Virus record (IMG/VR): IMGVR_UViG_3300013426_000014
Span: 32,001 to 96,000 of that record
Source: a virus
Taxonomy: Duplodnaviria > Caudoviricetes
Reading direction: 5' to 3' (one strand)
DNA length: 64,000 nt
Shown here: piece after piece, positions 47,108 to 59,483 of the stretch
Layout of the letters: each line of letters opens with the position of its first letter
Numbering within the stretch: the first letter of the stretch is position 1
Notes under the pieces: generated by a model
What the model was told of the DNA's origin: nothing
Database searches by the model: none
What the model saw: the letters and a program-made list of their open reading frames with translations, nothing else
Program-made: the position numbers and the translations under genes

Positions 47108-50100
47108 TTACACGGACAAAGTTTTCAGCGAATCCTTAGGAAGTTTCGTCATCGTGCCGGTCCCGTCCTGCAGGATAACGTCGACCAGATCAGATGGGTT
47201 TTCCGCCGCGGCGTACTGCTCGCCGTCGATCCAGACATTCCGGATAGCCTTGCCGTCCTGTGTCGTTTCAACACCGGATATGTACTTATCCTCGTTGACG
47301 GTCGCGTCCTCGAGAAGACGGATATACTGCTTCTGTGCCGACATCTTCTCCCCTTCTAGGATTATGCGCACGTCGTCGCCGTCCTTCGCATCACGATACT
47401 CGCCATAGTTGACATAGCAGTCAGCCGGAGTCAGCTGCACGCCGTTCATGAACAGACCGCATCTGAGCGTCATCGACTCGTATATCCCCTTGAGCGTCGC
47501 CTTGTCGAACTTAAACACCGGCTTCACCGTGTCTTTCTTCTCCGAAACGAGACGCACGGCGGACGGGGCGCACTTGACAGTCGATCCCTTTATGTTGACG
47601 ACAAGATCGCCGTCCGGGTATGTCGATATGACCTGACCTTTCTCACCTTTGTACGTGACATAATCAAGAACGTTCGGATCAGCGGACTCATTGACGCGGA
47701 TCACGTTCGACTCATGAAGCTTCGACTTAGGACGGAACTTGAACGTCTTTTTTGGCGTCGGCGTCTCCTCTGACTCATTCTTCTCGCCGTCGGCGTCCCC
47801 GCTGTCATTCTTATCGTCATCGTTATCATCGGAATCATCCTTACCGAACAAATCGGAATCATCGGTGTCAAACGTCGTGTCGTCTGAATTATCCTTCTCC
47901 GCGTCGGCGTTGTCGCCGTCGTTAAGGTCGTCGGTGTCGATTTCGACCGTCTTGCCGGTGCTGTCGTCCTTGACCGTTATCCGGACGCCCTCATCCAGAC
48001 ATCCATGACGGAACTTCCGTGCTTCTTGATAATCATCGTCATTGTTAAATGTGTCGGCAAACTTCTGAATCTCCGACGTCTCATTATCATAGCCGGTCGA
48101 CATCAAAATATAAGCAAGATCTATCTTGCCGTCGATGTCATCACCTTCGACAAACACCCGAATGACATCGTCACCGTTCTCATTTGTATCCTCTTCGTAA
48201 CTGATCTCGTAATCATCCAGCTTTTCTATAAGATCATCATCATACGGTAGTGTGAAATTGATGTCTGTCGTATCGTCATCGTTGTTTACCGGGTCGTCGT
48301 TCTCATCATCCAACATGCCGAACTCGTCATTTTCCGCGATCTCGACAAAATTCGCGGTCTCATCAGAGTAATCAACGAGATCATGAGCTTTAATCACGTC
48401 TGCCGCCCTTCTTGCTTCCTGGATTGTATCGACGGACACCATTATCATCTTTTCGTCAAAATCATCCGGATCGAAAAATCCATCGTCTTCGTCAAATATA
48501 TGAACGTCGGCGTTATTCAGATCATCCACAAGATCCGCGTCGTACGGAAGCATCACATCAATGGAGTCGCCTCTATGATCGGTCGATCTTTCGTTCAAAT
48601 GTCGGCGACAACGGTGGAACTGTCCTGAAACAGACTCATTTATAAAATCTATCCCTTTGATCATCAACGACTCCGCTACAGAGAACTCCTTGAAGAAATT
48701 AAAGAAGTTGTCATCCGTCCAGTCAAGCCATTCCTTAAAGAAATCCTTGAGCGCGTAAATCTCAGCCTTGCTCTTCACGTTTATCGTAAGACGTTTGCCG
48801 CCGTCACGGGTGTAATCAATACCTTTGTCATCAAGCATCGAGCAGACAAGATTCGGCGAAAGCGACGAGACGTACTTATTCGCAAGATCAAGTTTTACCT
48901 CTATCGGGTAGGTCCTGCCATATGTCTCTGCCTCATTCGGATTGTCATCCGGGATGTCATCCAAATCACCGAACAGCGAAGCGATGTCGTCACCGTCGCC
49001 TTCCGGCTCCGCGTCCTCGATATCGGCCGACAGATCGAGATCATCAACCGGCGAATCCGCGACGGCGGACCCGGCGGCGGTCTTAATCGTGCCGTCCGCG
49101 TCATCGTCATCATCGTCCGATGAGATACCCAACGCGAACGTGTCTGGCGCGTCGATTAGCACGTCGGTGTCGATCACGTCGGTCCCTTTGCCCGCGTCAT
49201 CTGCCGGAACATCAGGCGTCTCGCCACCAGCGGCGTCGATGTCACCGGCGAGCGCGCGCTCAGTGTCAGGACAGGCGTTGACAGCGTCGACAATAGCATT
49301 ATACATGTCGAGCGGCATGTAATCATTATTGATGATCGGTTTCTTGTCTGACGTCAGGTAGAACGTCACCTTCTTGACATCCTGTACAAGCTCGCCATTC
49401 GAGTTGACGGACGGGATTATGATATGGACCTCGCCCTTGTTCGAAACCTCGCCGGTCTTGACATTGGTGTTGTAAGCGACCTTGACTATCTCGAATCCGC
49501 CGTCATCCGGCTTAGGCTCCGCCGACCCGGCGCCGATCACACTGTCAAAACCGTAATCATCGTCACCATACGGGTCACGGTCAGAGCCATCAGACGGAAC
49601 ACCGGCCGGGACGTCAAGCACACCATCGAAATCAGGGATATCATCCTCGCCGCCGTCAGTCAACGGTTCGGTCGGGTCATCAGAACCGCCGTCCGGCTCA
49701 ACATCTTTGACATTAACGTCATCACCGTCATCGCCGGATCCGTCGGGATCGGCAGAATCGACATCCTTGTCGGACGGCTCGCCTGTCACGTCCTTCACGG
49801 AGTCCTGATAGTCCCTATAATCGTTCTTCACTCTATCAAGCTCGTCCTCGACCAGCTTTATCGCCTCCGCGAGCTCGCCGCCGTCATCACCGTCAGACTC
49901 CTTCATGGCACATAGCGTATCTTTCTTCTCCTCCAGCTCCTGTATATACGACTCATACTCCTTGCATGTGTCATCGACATCCTTCTTTATCTTGTCCTGA
50001 TTAGGAAGAACATCCTCGAACAGTGCCGATATATTGAGATTCATATGGTTATTGATCAGGTTCTTCGCCTGTATCGGGTTGACATTCCTGTAGAACGTCG

Positions 50101-51187
50101 TCTTACCCATCGACTCATCGACCGTTGTGACATATATGTTGTCCTTAAGTCGGAACACGTCGACTGATCTGCCGGCGCCGGACTCGTTAAGGCCGACATG
50201 CTTGACGAAATCAAGCACGGCGATATTGTCTTTGATGTTGTCCTTGATAATCTGGGCGACATTCCAGAACGCGTCACGTCCCTCGTTCATCATGTATGAC
50301 GCGTCACGGGCGGCGTTCCACTCAGACTCAGACAGGATTTTGCCATCAGCAAACACCTTGCCGTCCGTCGTTATCATGACATAACCGGTCGCGTCAGAAA
50401 CCTCGGCGCACAACTTATTCATGTCGAACGACACCATCGGCGAATTGACCGCCTCGCACAGGGCGCGAAAACCAGCCGGCAATGACGAAACGTCGGACTT
50501 CGGCAGCTTCGACACAGTGTTGCCCTTACGGACATAATAATTGCCGCGGACGTTAAACACCGACTCGTTTTCCTTGATGTACTGGACCGGCGAGCAGACC
50601 GTCTCAGCCTTCGCGACTGAATTCGCGACGTCGAATGACTCGCCCAGATACACGTTGTTTGGTATCGAATTATCGAGATTAAGAATATTATTGATCTCCT
50701 TGACATACGGATCACCCTGGAACGCGGTGAGCGCGGATCTGAGCAGAACACGGTTGGCCGGCGTCTTGTCATTGACATACGCGGCGACAGACTCCTCTAT
50801 CAGCGGGACGATATAATATGACGTCGTCTGCTCCATAAGACGGAAGATCTTCGTCAGGTCAATATCCTGCTTGTATTTCTTGATCCGTTCATTGAGAGCG
50901 GAAAGCTCCGTGTCAACGGCGTTAAGATATGAGTAATTCGATGCGTTCGATATAAACGACTCGTATAGCAGTTCGTCCGCCTGACCCGCGTCGATGGCGT
51001 CGATGTAGCTCTCGCACAAAGCGCGGAATGACGCGTTGCGGCCGGCAGCGGATATCATCCGCGCGATAAAATTACGCAGTCCGATACGGCTCTCGATCAC
51101 CGGTTTAGCGGCCGGCTTATCTGCAGCGACGGCTTCGTCAATCATCGCGGAAACCTGCCGCATCATCTTGTCTTTGTCTATTGCCAT
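47108..51187 (-). CDS. 1359-aa acidic protein, probable prohead core / internal head protein
   Basis: Many [ILV]xE-S sites (VIES, LCES, LYES, LGES, LNES, INES, LHES, VNES), a coiled coil and Asp-rich tracts. ATAAATA at 51221-51227. Confidence 0.55.
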   Translation of the reverse strand: MAIDKDKMMRQVSAMIDEAVAADKPAAKPVIESRIGLRNFIARMISAAGRNASFRALCESYIDAIDAGQADELLYESFISNASNYSYLNAVDTELSALNERIKKYKQDIDLTKIFRLMEQTTSYYIVPLIEESVAAYVNDKTPANRVLLRSALTAFQGDPYVKEINNILNLDNSIPNNVYLGESFDVANSVAKAETVCSPVQYIKENESVFNVRGNYYVRKGNTVSKLPKSDVSSLPAGFRALCEAVNSPMVSFDMNKLCAEVSDATGYVMITTDGKVFADGKILSESEWNAARDASYMMNEGRDAFWNVAQIIKDNIKDNIAVLDFVKHVGLNESGAGRSVDVFRLKDNIYVTTVDESMGKTTFYRNVNPIQAKNLINNHMNLNISALFEDVLPNQDKIKKDVDDTCKEYESYIQELEEKKDTLCAMKESDGDDGGELAEAIKLVEDELDRVKNDYRDYQDSVKDVTGEPSDKDVDSADPDGSGDDGDDVNVKDVEPDGGSDDPTEPLTDGGEDDIPDFDGVLDVPAGVPSDGSDRDPYGDDDYGFDSVIGAGSAEPKPDDGGFEIVKVAYNTNVKTGEVSNKGEVHIIIPSVNSNGELVQDVKKVTFYLTSDKKPIINNDYMPLDMYNAIVDAVNACPDTERALAGDIDAAGGETPDVPADDAGKGTDVIDTDVLIDAPDTFALGISSDDDDDDADGTIKTAAGSAVADSPVDDLDLSADIEDAEPEGDGDDIASLFGDLDDIPDDNPNEAETYGRTYPIEVKLDLANKYVSSLSPNLVCSMLDDKGIDYTRDGGKRLTINVKSKAEIYALKDFFKEWLDWTDDNFFNFFKEFSVAESLMIKGIDFINESVSGQFHRCRRHLNERSTDHRGDSIDVMLPYDADLVDDLNNADVHIFDEDDGFFDPDDFDEKMIMVSVDTIQEARRAADVIKAHDLVDYSDETANFVEIAENDEFGMLDDENDDPVNNDDDTTDINFTLPYDDDLIEKLDDYEISYEEDTNENGDDVIRVFVEGDDIDGKIDLAYILMSTGYDNETSEIQKFADTFNNDDDYQEARKFRHGCLDEGVRITVKDDSTGKTVEIDTDDLNDGDNADAEKDNSDDTTFDTDDSDLFGKDDSDDNDDDKNDSGDADGEKNESEETPTPKKTFKFRPKSKLHESNVIRVNESADPNVLDYVTYKGEKGQVISTYPDGDLVVNIKGSTVKCAPSAVRLVSEKKDTVKPVFKFDKATLKGIYESMTLRCGLFMNGVQLTPADCYVNYGEYRDAKDGDDVRIILEGEKMSAQKQYIRLLEDATVNEDKYISGVETTQDGKAIRNVWIDGEQYAAAENPSDLVDVILQDGTGTMTKLPKDSLKTLSV

Positions 51188-51305
51188 TATATTTGGTGTT
51201 TATTTTTCTGTTTGACAGTATATTTATTGACGGCACAACAGAAAAATCAGGAAAATGAAACAAAAACGTTACATTTTCCTGATTACATAAATAATTAAAA
51301 ATCAA

Positions 51306-52919
51306 TTAGTTCTTTAAGGTTGGCAAAGATTCTTTAACAAAATTCAGTAATTCATTCTCCGACACTGCAGGGTCGTCATCATATGAAACATATCTTTTAT
51401 TATCGACGCGCAGGCCAGAATAATACGTCTTCATCGCGTTCCTGAGCGCGTCATAGAATGGGCCCGAACATACAACCGACCCCGGAGAGTTCAACCATTC
51501 CGGAACAATGCCGTATATCGCAATCGGACCGTCATGTCATGAGTTCTGCACATACCGGAACAGCGTGACGACCTGTATCCTGGACGGGTCATCCGGTCAG
51601 AACGTGATCCTATCACACTGCGCCGGATGATATATCCGGCCTGCGCCGCCGGTAATGATGTAATCCATCGTCTTGTATTTGACTGTAAACAATGTCTTGT
51701 TCGCGGATCGTCCCGGTCATTTCAGTACATCGCCGTCCGTCGAGAACGACTCGACTGAATACGGCACCTTCATACGGTCAAAAATTCTGTATAATGTGTC
51801 AGGCATAAAATGATCATCGAACTCACCAGCGTCGGCCTTTTTCATATACGAGTCATACGTGGTCAGAATGTCACCAATCGACGCGCCGGCCAGCTTCGCC
51901 TTACGCAGCCATGTACGTCACCCGTTATTGTATATGGTATTAGTCTTTTCTCATTCTATGTAAACATCAATATTGTCACGCATCCGCGGAAAATATCTCG
52001 CGGCGGCGTCATCATTGGCGTGTTGAAAGATATAACTACCGACGCATTCGCATACGGCGGTTTCAACGGTAGTAGTCTTCTTCGCCGTCGGCGCCATGTA
52101 GTTCATCTTCCTGTACGACCCCGCATCTATCACGTCATTCCTGGTCAGGCGAAAATCATTGCCGGTCGCGATCTGCATCGCATCAAACTCACCAATAAGC
52201 GCGTCGGAACTCATCCACGCGGCGGCGGCTTCTTTCATCGCACACATGATGCCGTCACACAGTTCAATCACCTCCCGTACATGGCGCGACAATACAGAGT
52301 TAACTGCTTGAACCGGCTTATATGAGTGGAATATGTCACCGAAAACACTGGATAGAAGATTATCCTTGTATACGACAGGTTTGGATTCATACACGACGGC
52401 GTTACCGACCCGCAACCGCACCTTAACGTATCCGCTGACATAAACATTCAACGTATCGTCATCAATGACCGCGTCGTCGACATGATTCAATATTGACAGC
52501 ACATTACCGGACTCCGGCGTGAACGGGGCGAGCCGCCTACTGTACACGGCGTCCGGAAATTTCTTGAGACCGGCGACAATGGCGGGATATGTCGATACAT
52601 TATAATACAGGCCTCAACGCATCGTGTCTTTGACACCGTCCGGAACCGGAAGCGTTCTCGTGTCGCCGTTCCGCCTTTCGCCGAAATAGTATTCCTCGGC
52701 CGCGGCGTCCGGCCTGATCAGATCCGGGTTCTTTATCAAATCGGCGGGACTGAACGACCAAAATTGGCATCATTTCTGAGAATCCAGGCATCACTCAATG
52801 TGTCCGAAATAATCCTGATCAGACAATGTTTCCGTCCAGTCTTCGACATCCCCGTCGGAAAGGTTGAAATCCTCATATAACGGCGTTCTGTATCTTGATT
52901 GTATCATCAGTGCATTCAT
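51306..52919 (-). CDS. Acidic-leader family protein (537 aa, 8 TGA)
   Basis: LYEDFNLSDGDVEDWTETLSD leader. One continuous frame joins ORFs 51951 and 51306 through TGAs only. Confidence 0.72.
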
Positions 52920-52923
52920 ATTT

Positions 52924-54276
52924 TTACAGAATCCGTATCAATCCGGATTCAGCTTTAACATCCATACCCGTGACGGTCAGAACAATCCTGCCGGTAGCAG
53001 GCGCGATGTTCTGCTTATATACAGAATACTTACCGGTTTTTATCTTAACAGGCTCGCTTAAATCAATCACGCCCGCTGACGTTACATGAAACAGGTAATT
53101 ATCATCTATAACGACATTCCCGTCATTGTCGACGTATTCAAGTGAGAACGGAACCGTCCCGTCATTGTCGCCGTCAAGTCACGCGCCAGATCCTGGATCC
53201 GTTATGACGAACGAATCTGCTGTTATCTCATTGTTCCCGTTCGGCACGACACGCACAGATGGCATCACACCGAACCTGTACTTGTCCGAATTTACATATA
53301 TTTCCGGCTGTGTGAAACCGGTCATGCCGTCCGGTATATTCCAGATGTACTCACCCGAATAACAATACAGACCGTACGCTATTTTTATGACGTCGCCTGA
53401 ATCCTGAACAAAATCCAGACACAGCGAATACGGCTCCGCTGTGTCCGCTTTGAAATCCCATCCGATCCTCATCGCCGCCCCCGCCGAATACGGCATGACA
53501 GCATTACCGGCAACGACTGGATCTGTGATGGCGGCGGAAATGTTAACAGACTCCGCTGGCATGACATTCAGACCAATCGACTCCATGACACAATCCGCCG
53601 GTATCGCGGTCGTCGGGTCGAACACCGGCTGGTATGTCTCGACGCCCAATGTAAAAGTCATCTTGTTCTCACGTTTCACATTGTCATACGTCAGATCCAT
53701 AGTCGGCTCATATGAATACTGTTCAGGAAAACCGACCGTACAGCCGACCCTGACACCAGAAAACATCACGTAAAATGACCGATTCTTATAGAACTCGTCA
53801 CGTATCGCCTGCTCTATCTTCATGACGGACAAAAAATCCGTGTCGGCGGTCAAAACAGTACAGTCAAACGTCATATTCAGCGGAATCGACTCCATCATCG
53901 CCTTGTACGTCGTCAGCACGCCCCTGTCATTCCTCGTGAACGTCCCCATCACCGGCGAAGTGCACGACCCGGCGTCGATCTGAGATCCTTTATAGACGAT
54001 AATACCTTTCGGATATGAGTTGAAATCGGTATCCATCCTTCGCGATCCGAAACATTCCCTGCCGAAGAACGTATAATTGTCCTGCAGGAATCTCTCGTTA
54101 TTCGCGTGGGAAAAACCATAATATCACGGAACGGTCACGTCCTGCATCGTATCGTTATCCCACACCTGCTTGTACACTATGGCATTGTTGAGCAGGTTGA
54201 GCAGACCGGATATAACGGACCTGACAAGAACGTCATCCGTGTTGTGTATGTTGTACAACGAAGATTGCTCCGACAT
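52924..54276 (-). CDS. Tail sheath stabiliser / terminator (T4 gp15-like) with C-terminal extension (2 TGA)
   Basis: VP(W)YY....ERFLQD, PKG, IPL.M.F, QA...FY, F...VETY.P. Confidence 0.6.
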
Positions 54277-54285
54277 GACGGCCCG

Positions 54286-54459
54286 CTATTTCTTTTTGTC
54301 TTTCGGCTTCGCCGCGTTTCCGCCGAACATATCCGGACCGCCCACGGCGGAGCTGGATGACTGACCGACGGCGTCAGACGGGGCAGACGCGGCGGGAGAC
54401 GGATTTCCCATACCAGAATCACATTCAAGCAAATCGAAATCTTCATATACAGACAGCAT
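54286..54459 (-). CDS. Small hypothetical protein
   Basis: MLSVYEDFDLLE... begins with a truncated version of the acidic leader. Confidence 0.45.
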   Translation of the reverse strand: MLSVYEDFDLLECDSGMGNPSPAASAPSDAVGQSSSSAVGGPDMFGGNAAKPKDKKK

Positions 54460-54502
54460 AAACGTATCGTTCAATTATATATAGTATTTACTTAACAATA
54501 TA

Positions 54503-54530
54503 AAAGCAGGACACAAAACGTCCTGCTTTT
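54503..54530. terminator. Intrinsic terminator
   Basis: AAAAGCAGGAC-ACAAAAC-GTCCTGCTTTT. Confidence 0.7.
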
Positions 54531-54551
54531 ATATCACAACGCGGTCAAATG

Positions 54552-54965
54552 CTATTTCTTACGATTGAAACGCACGACCCACCTGACAAACAAAACAGCG
54601 AGAGCAACGAACACGACGCCGAACGTGATCCATCCACCCGTCGACGTTATGAGATCCCTGCCGTTCAAGAAATGCATGGCGTATCCGGCTATCGCGCACA
54701 CGTGCACGAACAGCCCGCCGGCGACAGTCGCGCCGAAATCTCACCAATCCCACTTGCTGTCGATGAAATACTCCTTGATGAACGCGGCTAACGCCGTGAC
54801 GAAATACCCGCCCGCGGCCGCGACGAAAACATCCCGCCATGTTATGTCAACCGGGCCGGTGATCATCGACAGCGCGAACATCGCGGTGAACGCGGCGAAT
54901 ATGACACCGCCTATCCCGAAATGCGCGATCCGGTCAAGCCCTATCTTTTTCACAAGTTCTTCCAT
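54552..54965 (-). CDS. Small multi-pass membrane protein (VanZ/YfiM-like; 1 TGA)
   Basis: DRIAHF..G, KE..D...DW(W)DF.AT..GG. Confidence 0.6.
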
Positions 54966-54981
54966 TATATCTGGTTATATT

Positions 54982-55536
54982 TTATTTCTCCATCTCGTAA
55001 GTGACGTCATACCTGGTGTAACGCATCCGAAAGTCGACCGTTTTGAAGTCCGCGGCCTGCGCGGCGAACGAAAGCGGAAGTCCGGTCAACCCCTCTGGAA
55101 TGACGTTCCTGAACTCGAACGTCACCATACCGAACCCCTTCTGATTAAGAAAGGTAAGCGTGAGCGGATCCATAAATACAGGCTTGTGAGCCGACCCGTA
55201 CTTAAGGTACCAGTCAATCTGGTCGAACAGAATCCAGTACGTCATATAACTCTCTGTCAGTTTGAGACGGACACTCAGTGTCTTCGTGAGCTCCGGTCCG
55301 AGCTCACGGCCCGCCGGATACGCCGTCTCGTACTGACCCTGCTGCTGCGTCTCGCCCGACAGAGAGATGTCAGGAAAGTCAACCGACTGTACCTGACTGT
55401 TCATGAAGTCGCACACCGTACTGAACGGCAGTTTCATTCGCCGGACAAAAGGTTCTCACCGGTCACAGACCTCCTTATAGAAAAAAGTCTGCGGGAACCG
55501 GAATGTGAACATCTGCGGAAGGTTGCGTAATATCAT
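54982..55536 (-). CDS. Tail-tube-fold protein (gp3/gp19-like; 1 TGA)
   Basis: NSQVQSV.FP, L.V..KL.E.Y..YWI.F, P..L..L.LSF...F.V.F pattern. Confidence 0.55.
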
Positions 55537-55553
55537 AAACCAATCCGTTATCT

Positions 55554-55901
55554 TTACAGGCGAAGGCCGAGCTTGCCGCCGACCGCGGCGTTGACAAGCT
55601 TCGAAGTCAAAAGGTCATACAGTACACCCCGCTCGACGCCAAGCGCGCCGCACACCGCCTTCATTATGGCGGGCATGATGGTCGCGCCGAGCCCTGCGCC
55701 AATCAGACCGCTCAGCACGCCTTCGTCGACGACAGCGTCAAGCGGCCGGTCGGTCTCTATGGCGGTGTCTATCGACTCAAGAAGATATGTATACAGTCTT
55801 TTCGAATTCTCAAGCTCCGTCCTGGTCGAGCCGGACGTGTCAACACCTTCGAACAACGTGTCTGCGTCCGTATTAGTCCTTAACGAGTTCTTTCTCATCA
55901 T
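55554..55901 (-). CDS. Hypothetical protein (VDEG site followed by a Gly-rich hydrophobic helix)
   Basis: 115-aa ORF. Confidence 0.6.
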   Translation of the reverse strand: MMRKNSLRTNTDADTLFEGVDTSGSTRTELENSKRLYTYLLESIDTAIETDRPLDAVVDEGVLSGLIGAGLGATIMPAIMKAVCGALGVERGVLYDLLTSKLVNAAVGGKLGLRL

Positions 55902-57684
55902 TTATTCCGTATTCTTGCTTATGCGTGACGGGTCGTATCCTGTCCGGCGACACCTTCTTTATCCTCGCTGTCTTCGAATCAAGGATATACACAGCGGTTA
56001 CAACACCTGACGCGTCCCTGACTATCTTCGTCACCACGCCGTCATATTTAATATCCGGATCATTAAGTCCCGTCGCGTGGACCTTTGTCCCGACATGAAT
56101 ATAGGATGCATTCGACGGGTCATTCTTCTTCTGCTGCAGATCATCCGTGACCGGAAGCAGCTCGTACTGATACCCCATCATGTTCAACGTCCCTACCGCG
56201 CCGTTACCGGTATTCATGACGGACGGATAACCGTAATTCTCATTTGTTGCAGTCTTTCGATCTCTCGTCACCGGAGGGGTGGACGGATCATTCTTTATTT
56301 CATCATAAAAAATCTCATTCATGAAATCGTCATACGCCTCCGACGCGATCGCGGCGGCTTTCTTCGCCGCGTTTACGGCCAATTTATACCGTCTTTTAAG
56401 TGACGTCTTAAATTTTCTCGTAAAATCATTATCAGCAAATCCGTCATTACCGAATATGTAGTCTATCGGAAAAGATCTGCCGGCCGACAGTTTTTTCCCG
56501 CCGTTGGGATTTAACGGATCTGGAACATATACGGCGTTTTTATAAGTATATACGATTTCACTCTTGTCGATCCACCCCATATCCCCGATATTCAAAAGAC
56601 GGGGCAAATCATCTAATTTATACTTTCGCGGAAATTTCAGTCATATCATATACGGTCTGTTCCGCCTAAGCGTTTCAGATATCATTTTTCCCTTATCCTT
56701 CATCGTTTTATACACCGCGTGATGGAGCTTGTTTGAAATCCGTTGTTCATCACCATAAATCCTGTCAAGCGAATCATACACATGCCGGTATAAACTATTC
56801 AAATACGCTTTTACTTCGGTGACATTCGTCATATAAACAAAATCGGTGAAACTTCTCTGGCACAATGTCCGTTTGTTCATGTCAAAATCCGAACGAGTGT
56901 CAATCACACAATACATACCGTCCAATTGTAACACGGGACCTGTATCACGGAAAAAACCTTTTTTCATCCGCATGGCTGCTGTATTCGCCAATTGATTATC
57001 ATATACATGCATAAGTTCATGCATGAACGTCTGTTTTGATATATTCATCGGAACGCCGGGACAAACCAACCGCTCAATTGTTTTTGATGCAAAGTCAAAG
57101 CAAAAATCACTTAAGAACAAGGTCAGCTGCTGCTGAATATCATCGGCATTCTTAAGTTCGAGAGAACTCTGCGAAATCGCGCCATCCGCGGCCGCGGCAT
57201 GAGTGGAGGTATATCTTCTCGCAACATCCGCGACGCGCATGACATCGCTGTCTGACAAACCGGGTGAAAATTTCAACGGAATGACAAGCAATGGGTCGGG
57301 GAAAAAGCCAGACATAAACGTCTCGCCGTGCATTGTCTTTTCAAATTCCGGGCAGTCAATGTCGATAAACGGATCATACACGTTTATTTCATCCGGCACG
57401 GATTTATCCAATTTTGAATTGTTGCACAATCAGCGAAGATCACACAAAAAATGGTTCGCGTCAGCGATTGACATAACAGATCGATTTCCAGAATTCAAAA
57501 TAGCGAGAACTTTCCCGTCAAAAGCAGCAGGATTAAGTTCAAACCGTTTTTTTATGGCATCGCCGACGCAATCGACAAGCAAGTCAAACAATTCATTGAT
57601 CTGGTCATTAACAACTGAACCAAAATGATGATTAGATTCCGTAAGTAATATTTTATGATGTCGCATTATATTCATATCTGACAT
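55873..57684 (-). CDS. HExxH zincin-like protein, distant family member 3, with C-terminal extension (603 aa, 2 TGA)
   Basis: Three track ORFs in one frame. MHELMHVYD ... FVYM....EVKA. Confidence 0.65.
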
Positions 57685-58974
57685 TTATACAAATGACATA
57701 ACCTTCATCTCCATTGGATAGTCATTCGGATTATACAAAATGACGGACGGTATCAGATTCCTGACATAATCGCCGTCCGCCGCGGCGACGTCAACGAATA
57801 AAGGTCCAATCGGTATTCACATGTCGTTGTCGTTCACATATGTCGCGTAACCATACATGCCCATCACCTTTTTTGATACATCTTTACGGTCAACGCGCAC
57901 CGCCACCTCTGCCGGCGATGATTCGGTTGTGTTCACCGCGGCGTACCATTCATCATCCACCGGATCTGGTCTCATCGGGTCATCTCACTCGTCGTCCGCC
58001 GGTTTTTCGGGCATAGTGTCATGTCACCCGTCGGCTGGATCAAAGGTCCCGTCATCCGGGACGCAATACGAGCAAACCGGCTCATCCGGGAAGCGTCACT
58101 TCATCGCGGTGAACTCTTCCTTTGTCCTTCAGTCGATGTCGACATCAGTAATCTCCCGCCTGAAAATGTCCGGGACGTTCGCGGTCAACTCCTCATATGT
58201 GAACACCCTGTCCTTCACGAACGCGAGTTTGACGGATCTGTCGACTGCAGAAATCGACGAATCGTTATACTTCGGGTAGACTGGCTTTATGACGAGCCCG
58301 CGGAACGCGCCGTTTTTATACTTGACCGCCGGGACGTAAACACCGTCCATCTCTGTCAGTAACGCGCGGCATCGCTCGCCGGGAACGACGGTCCCGTCCT
58401 CTATGTACGCGTCGTCGGAAAGCGCGAAATTCACGCCGTCGACATAATACTCGAAACCGTTGTCATTACCGACGAACATTATATAGTCGTCGACGAAATA
58501 CACGGTCACCGGCACGCACGCGGCGGTCAGTGCGGCATTGACGGACTTCTCTATGTCGTTGGGGTATCCAGCCGACACGGAAAGCGGGACGATACAGACC
58601 CTGCCGTTCCTCCTGTACTTAACGGTGAACCTGACCTTCGCGTCATATTTCCAGTCCTTCTCGCTGGTCGCGCACTCTGGTATGCGTCCGAAACCGCGGG
58701 TCATTCTCGACTCGCCGGACGTCACGCCGCGGATCACCGTGACGGAGTTCGGCTGCAACACCGTCGATGAGCTGTCGAACGATGTCACCGGCACATTGAG
58801 ATCAGAAAGGTCAACGACGGTCGTGTTCCCGTCAGGATCTGTTATGGTGAGCTTGTCGTCGTCAACGGTGAAACTGCCGTCGCTTGACGACGACGCGCCG
58901 GGGCAGGTTATGCCGGCATATATGTACTGCTTCGCAGGATTGTCGTAATATCTTTTGAACAGGTCGGTTGCCAT
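57685..58974 (-). CDS. Hypothetical virion protein (429 aa, 5 TGA)
   Basis: The frame continues from 58129 to TAA at 57685, abutting the next ATG. ATAAATA at 59016-59022. Confidence 0.7.
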
Positions 58975-59060
58975 GTCGAAAACTGTTTTATTTTCAGCGC
59001 CGCGGGGGGCTGTAGTATTTATCGGAAAAAATTAGCGTCATGACTGAAAAATTTTTCCGG

Positions 59061-59311
59061 TTTCGCATATAATTTGTGTAAGCAAATTTCAGTCAGGGAT
59101 AGATATTTATTTAATTATTAAATATTTAAGTTTTATCAGGTATAAATTTTTTACAAAATTCTATACCTGATTTTATTTTATACCTGTCCGAATATCATAT
59201 TATCAGATTACACTGTTCTAAATTATAGTTGATTGTTCTTTTTTACCAAGAAAAAATAATTTTTCAATTTTCGCATATAATTTGTGTAAGCAATTTTCGG
59301 TCGGGGATAGA
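59061..59311 (+). repeat. Two 43-nt direct repeats (40/43 identical) flanking an inverted repeat in an AT-rich divergent intergenic region
   Basis: tttcgcatataatttgtgtaagcaa.tttc.gtc.gggataga at 59061-59103 and 59269-59311. ATCAGGTATA...TATACCTGAT at about 59135-59171. Confidence 0.85.
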
Positions 59312-59483
59312 TTAATTTAATTTATAATCTATATTAGATCTAAAAAATTTATACTTCCGGAATTTTAAGACTTTAACGGGCGCGTTTGGTGTATTAGTGT
59401 ACTAAGGCACTGTATCCCTGAATCCGGATATTCGCCGCCATGGTTTCATGCCGATAAATACACAAAGATTCCGTCATGGATTC

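Noticed and set aside
59061-59311. Mini-CRISPR or tRNA in the intergenic region
   Set aside because: Only two repeats, 165 nt apart, and no cloverleaf or T-loop motif recognised. No suppressor tRNA was found anywhere in the window by eye.
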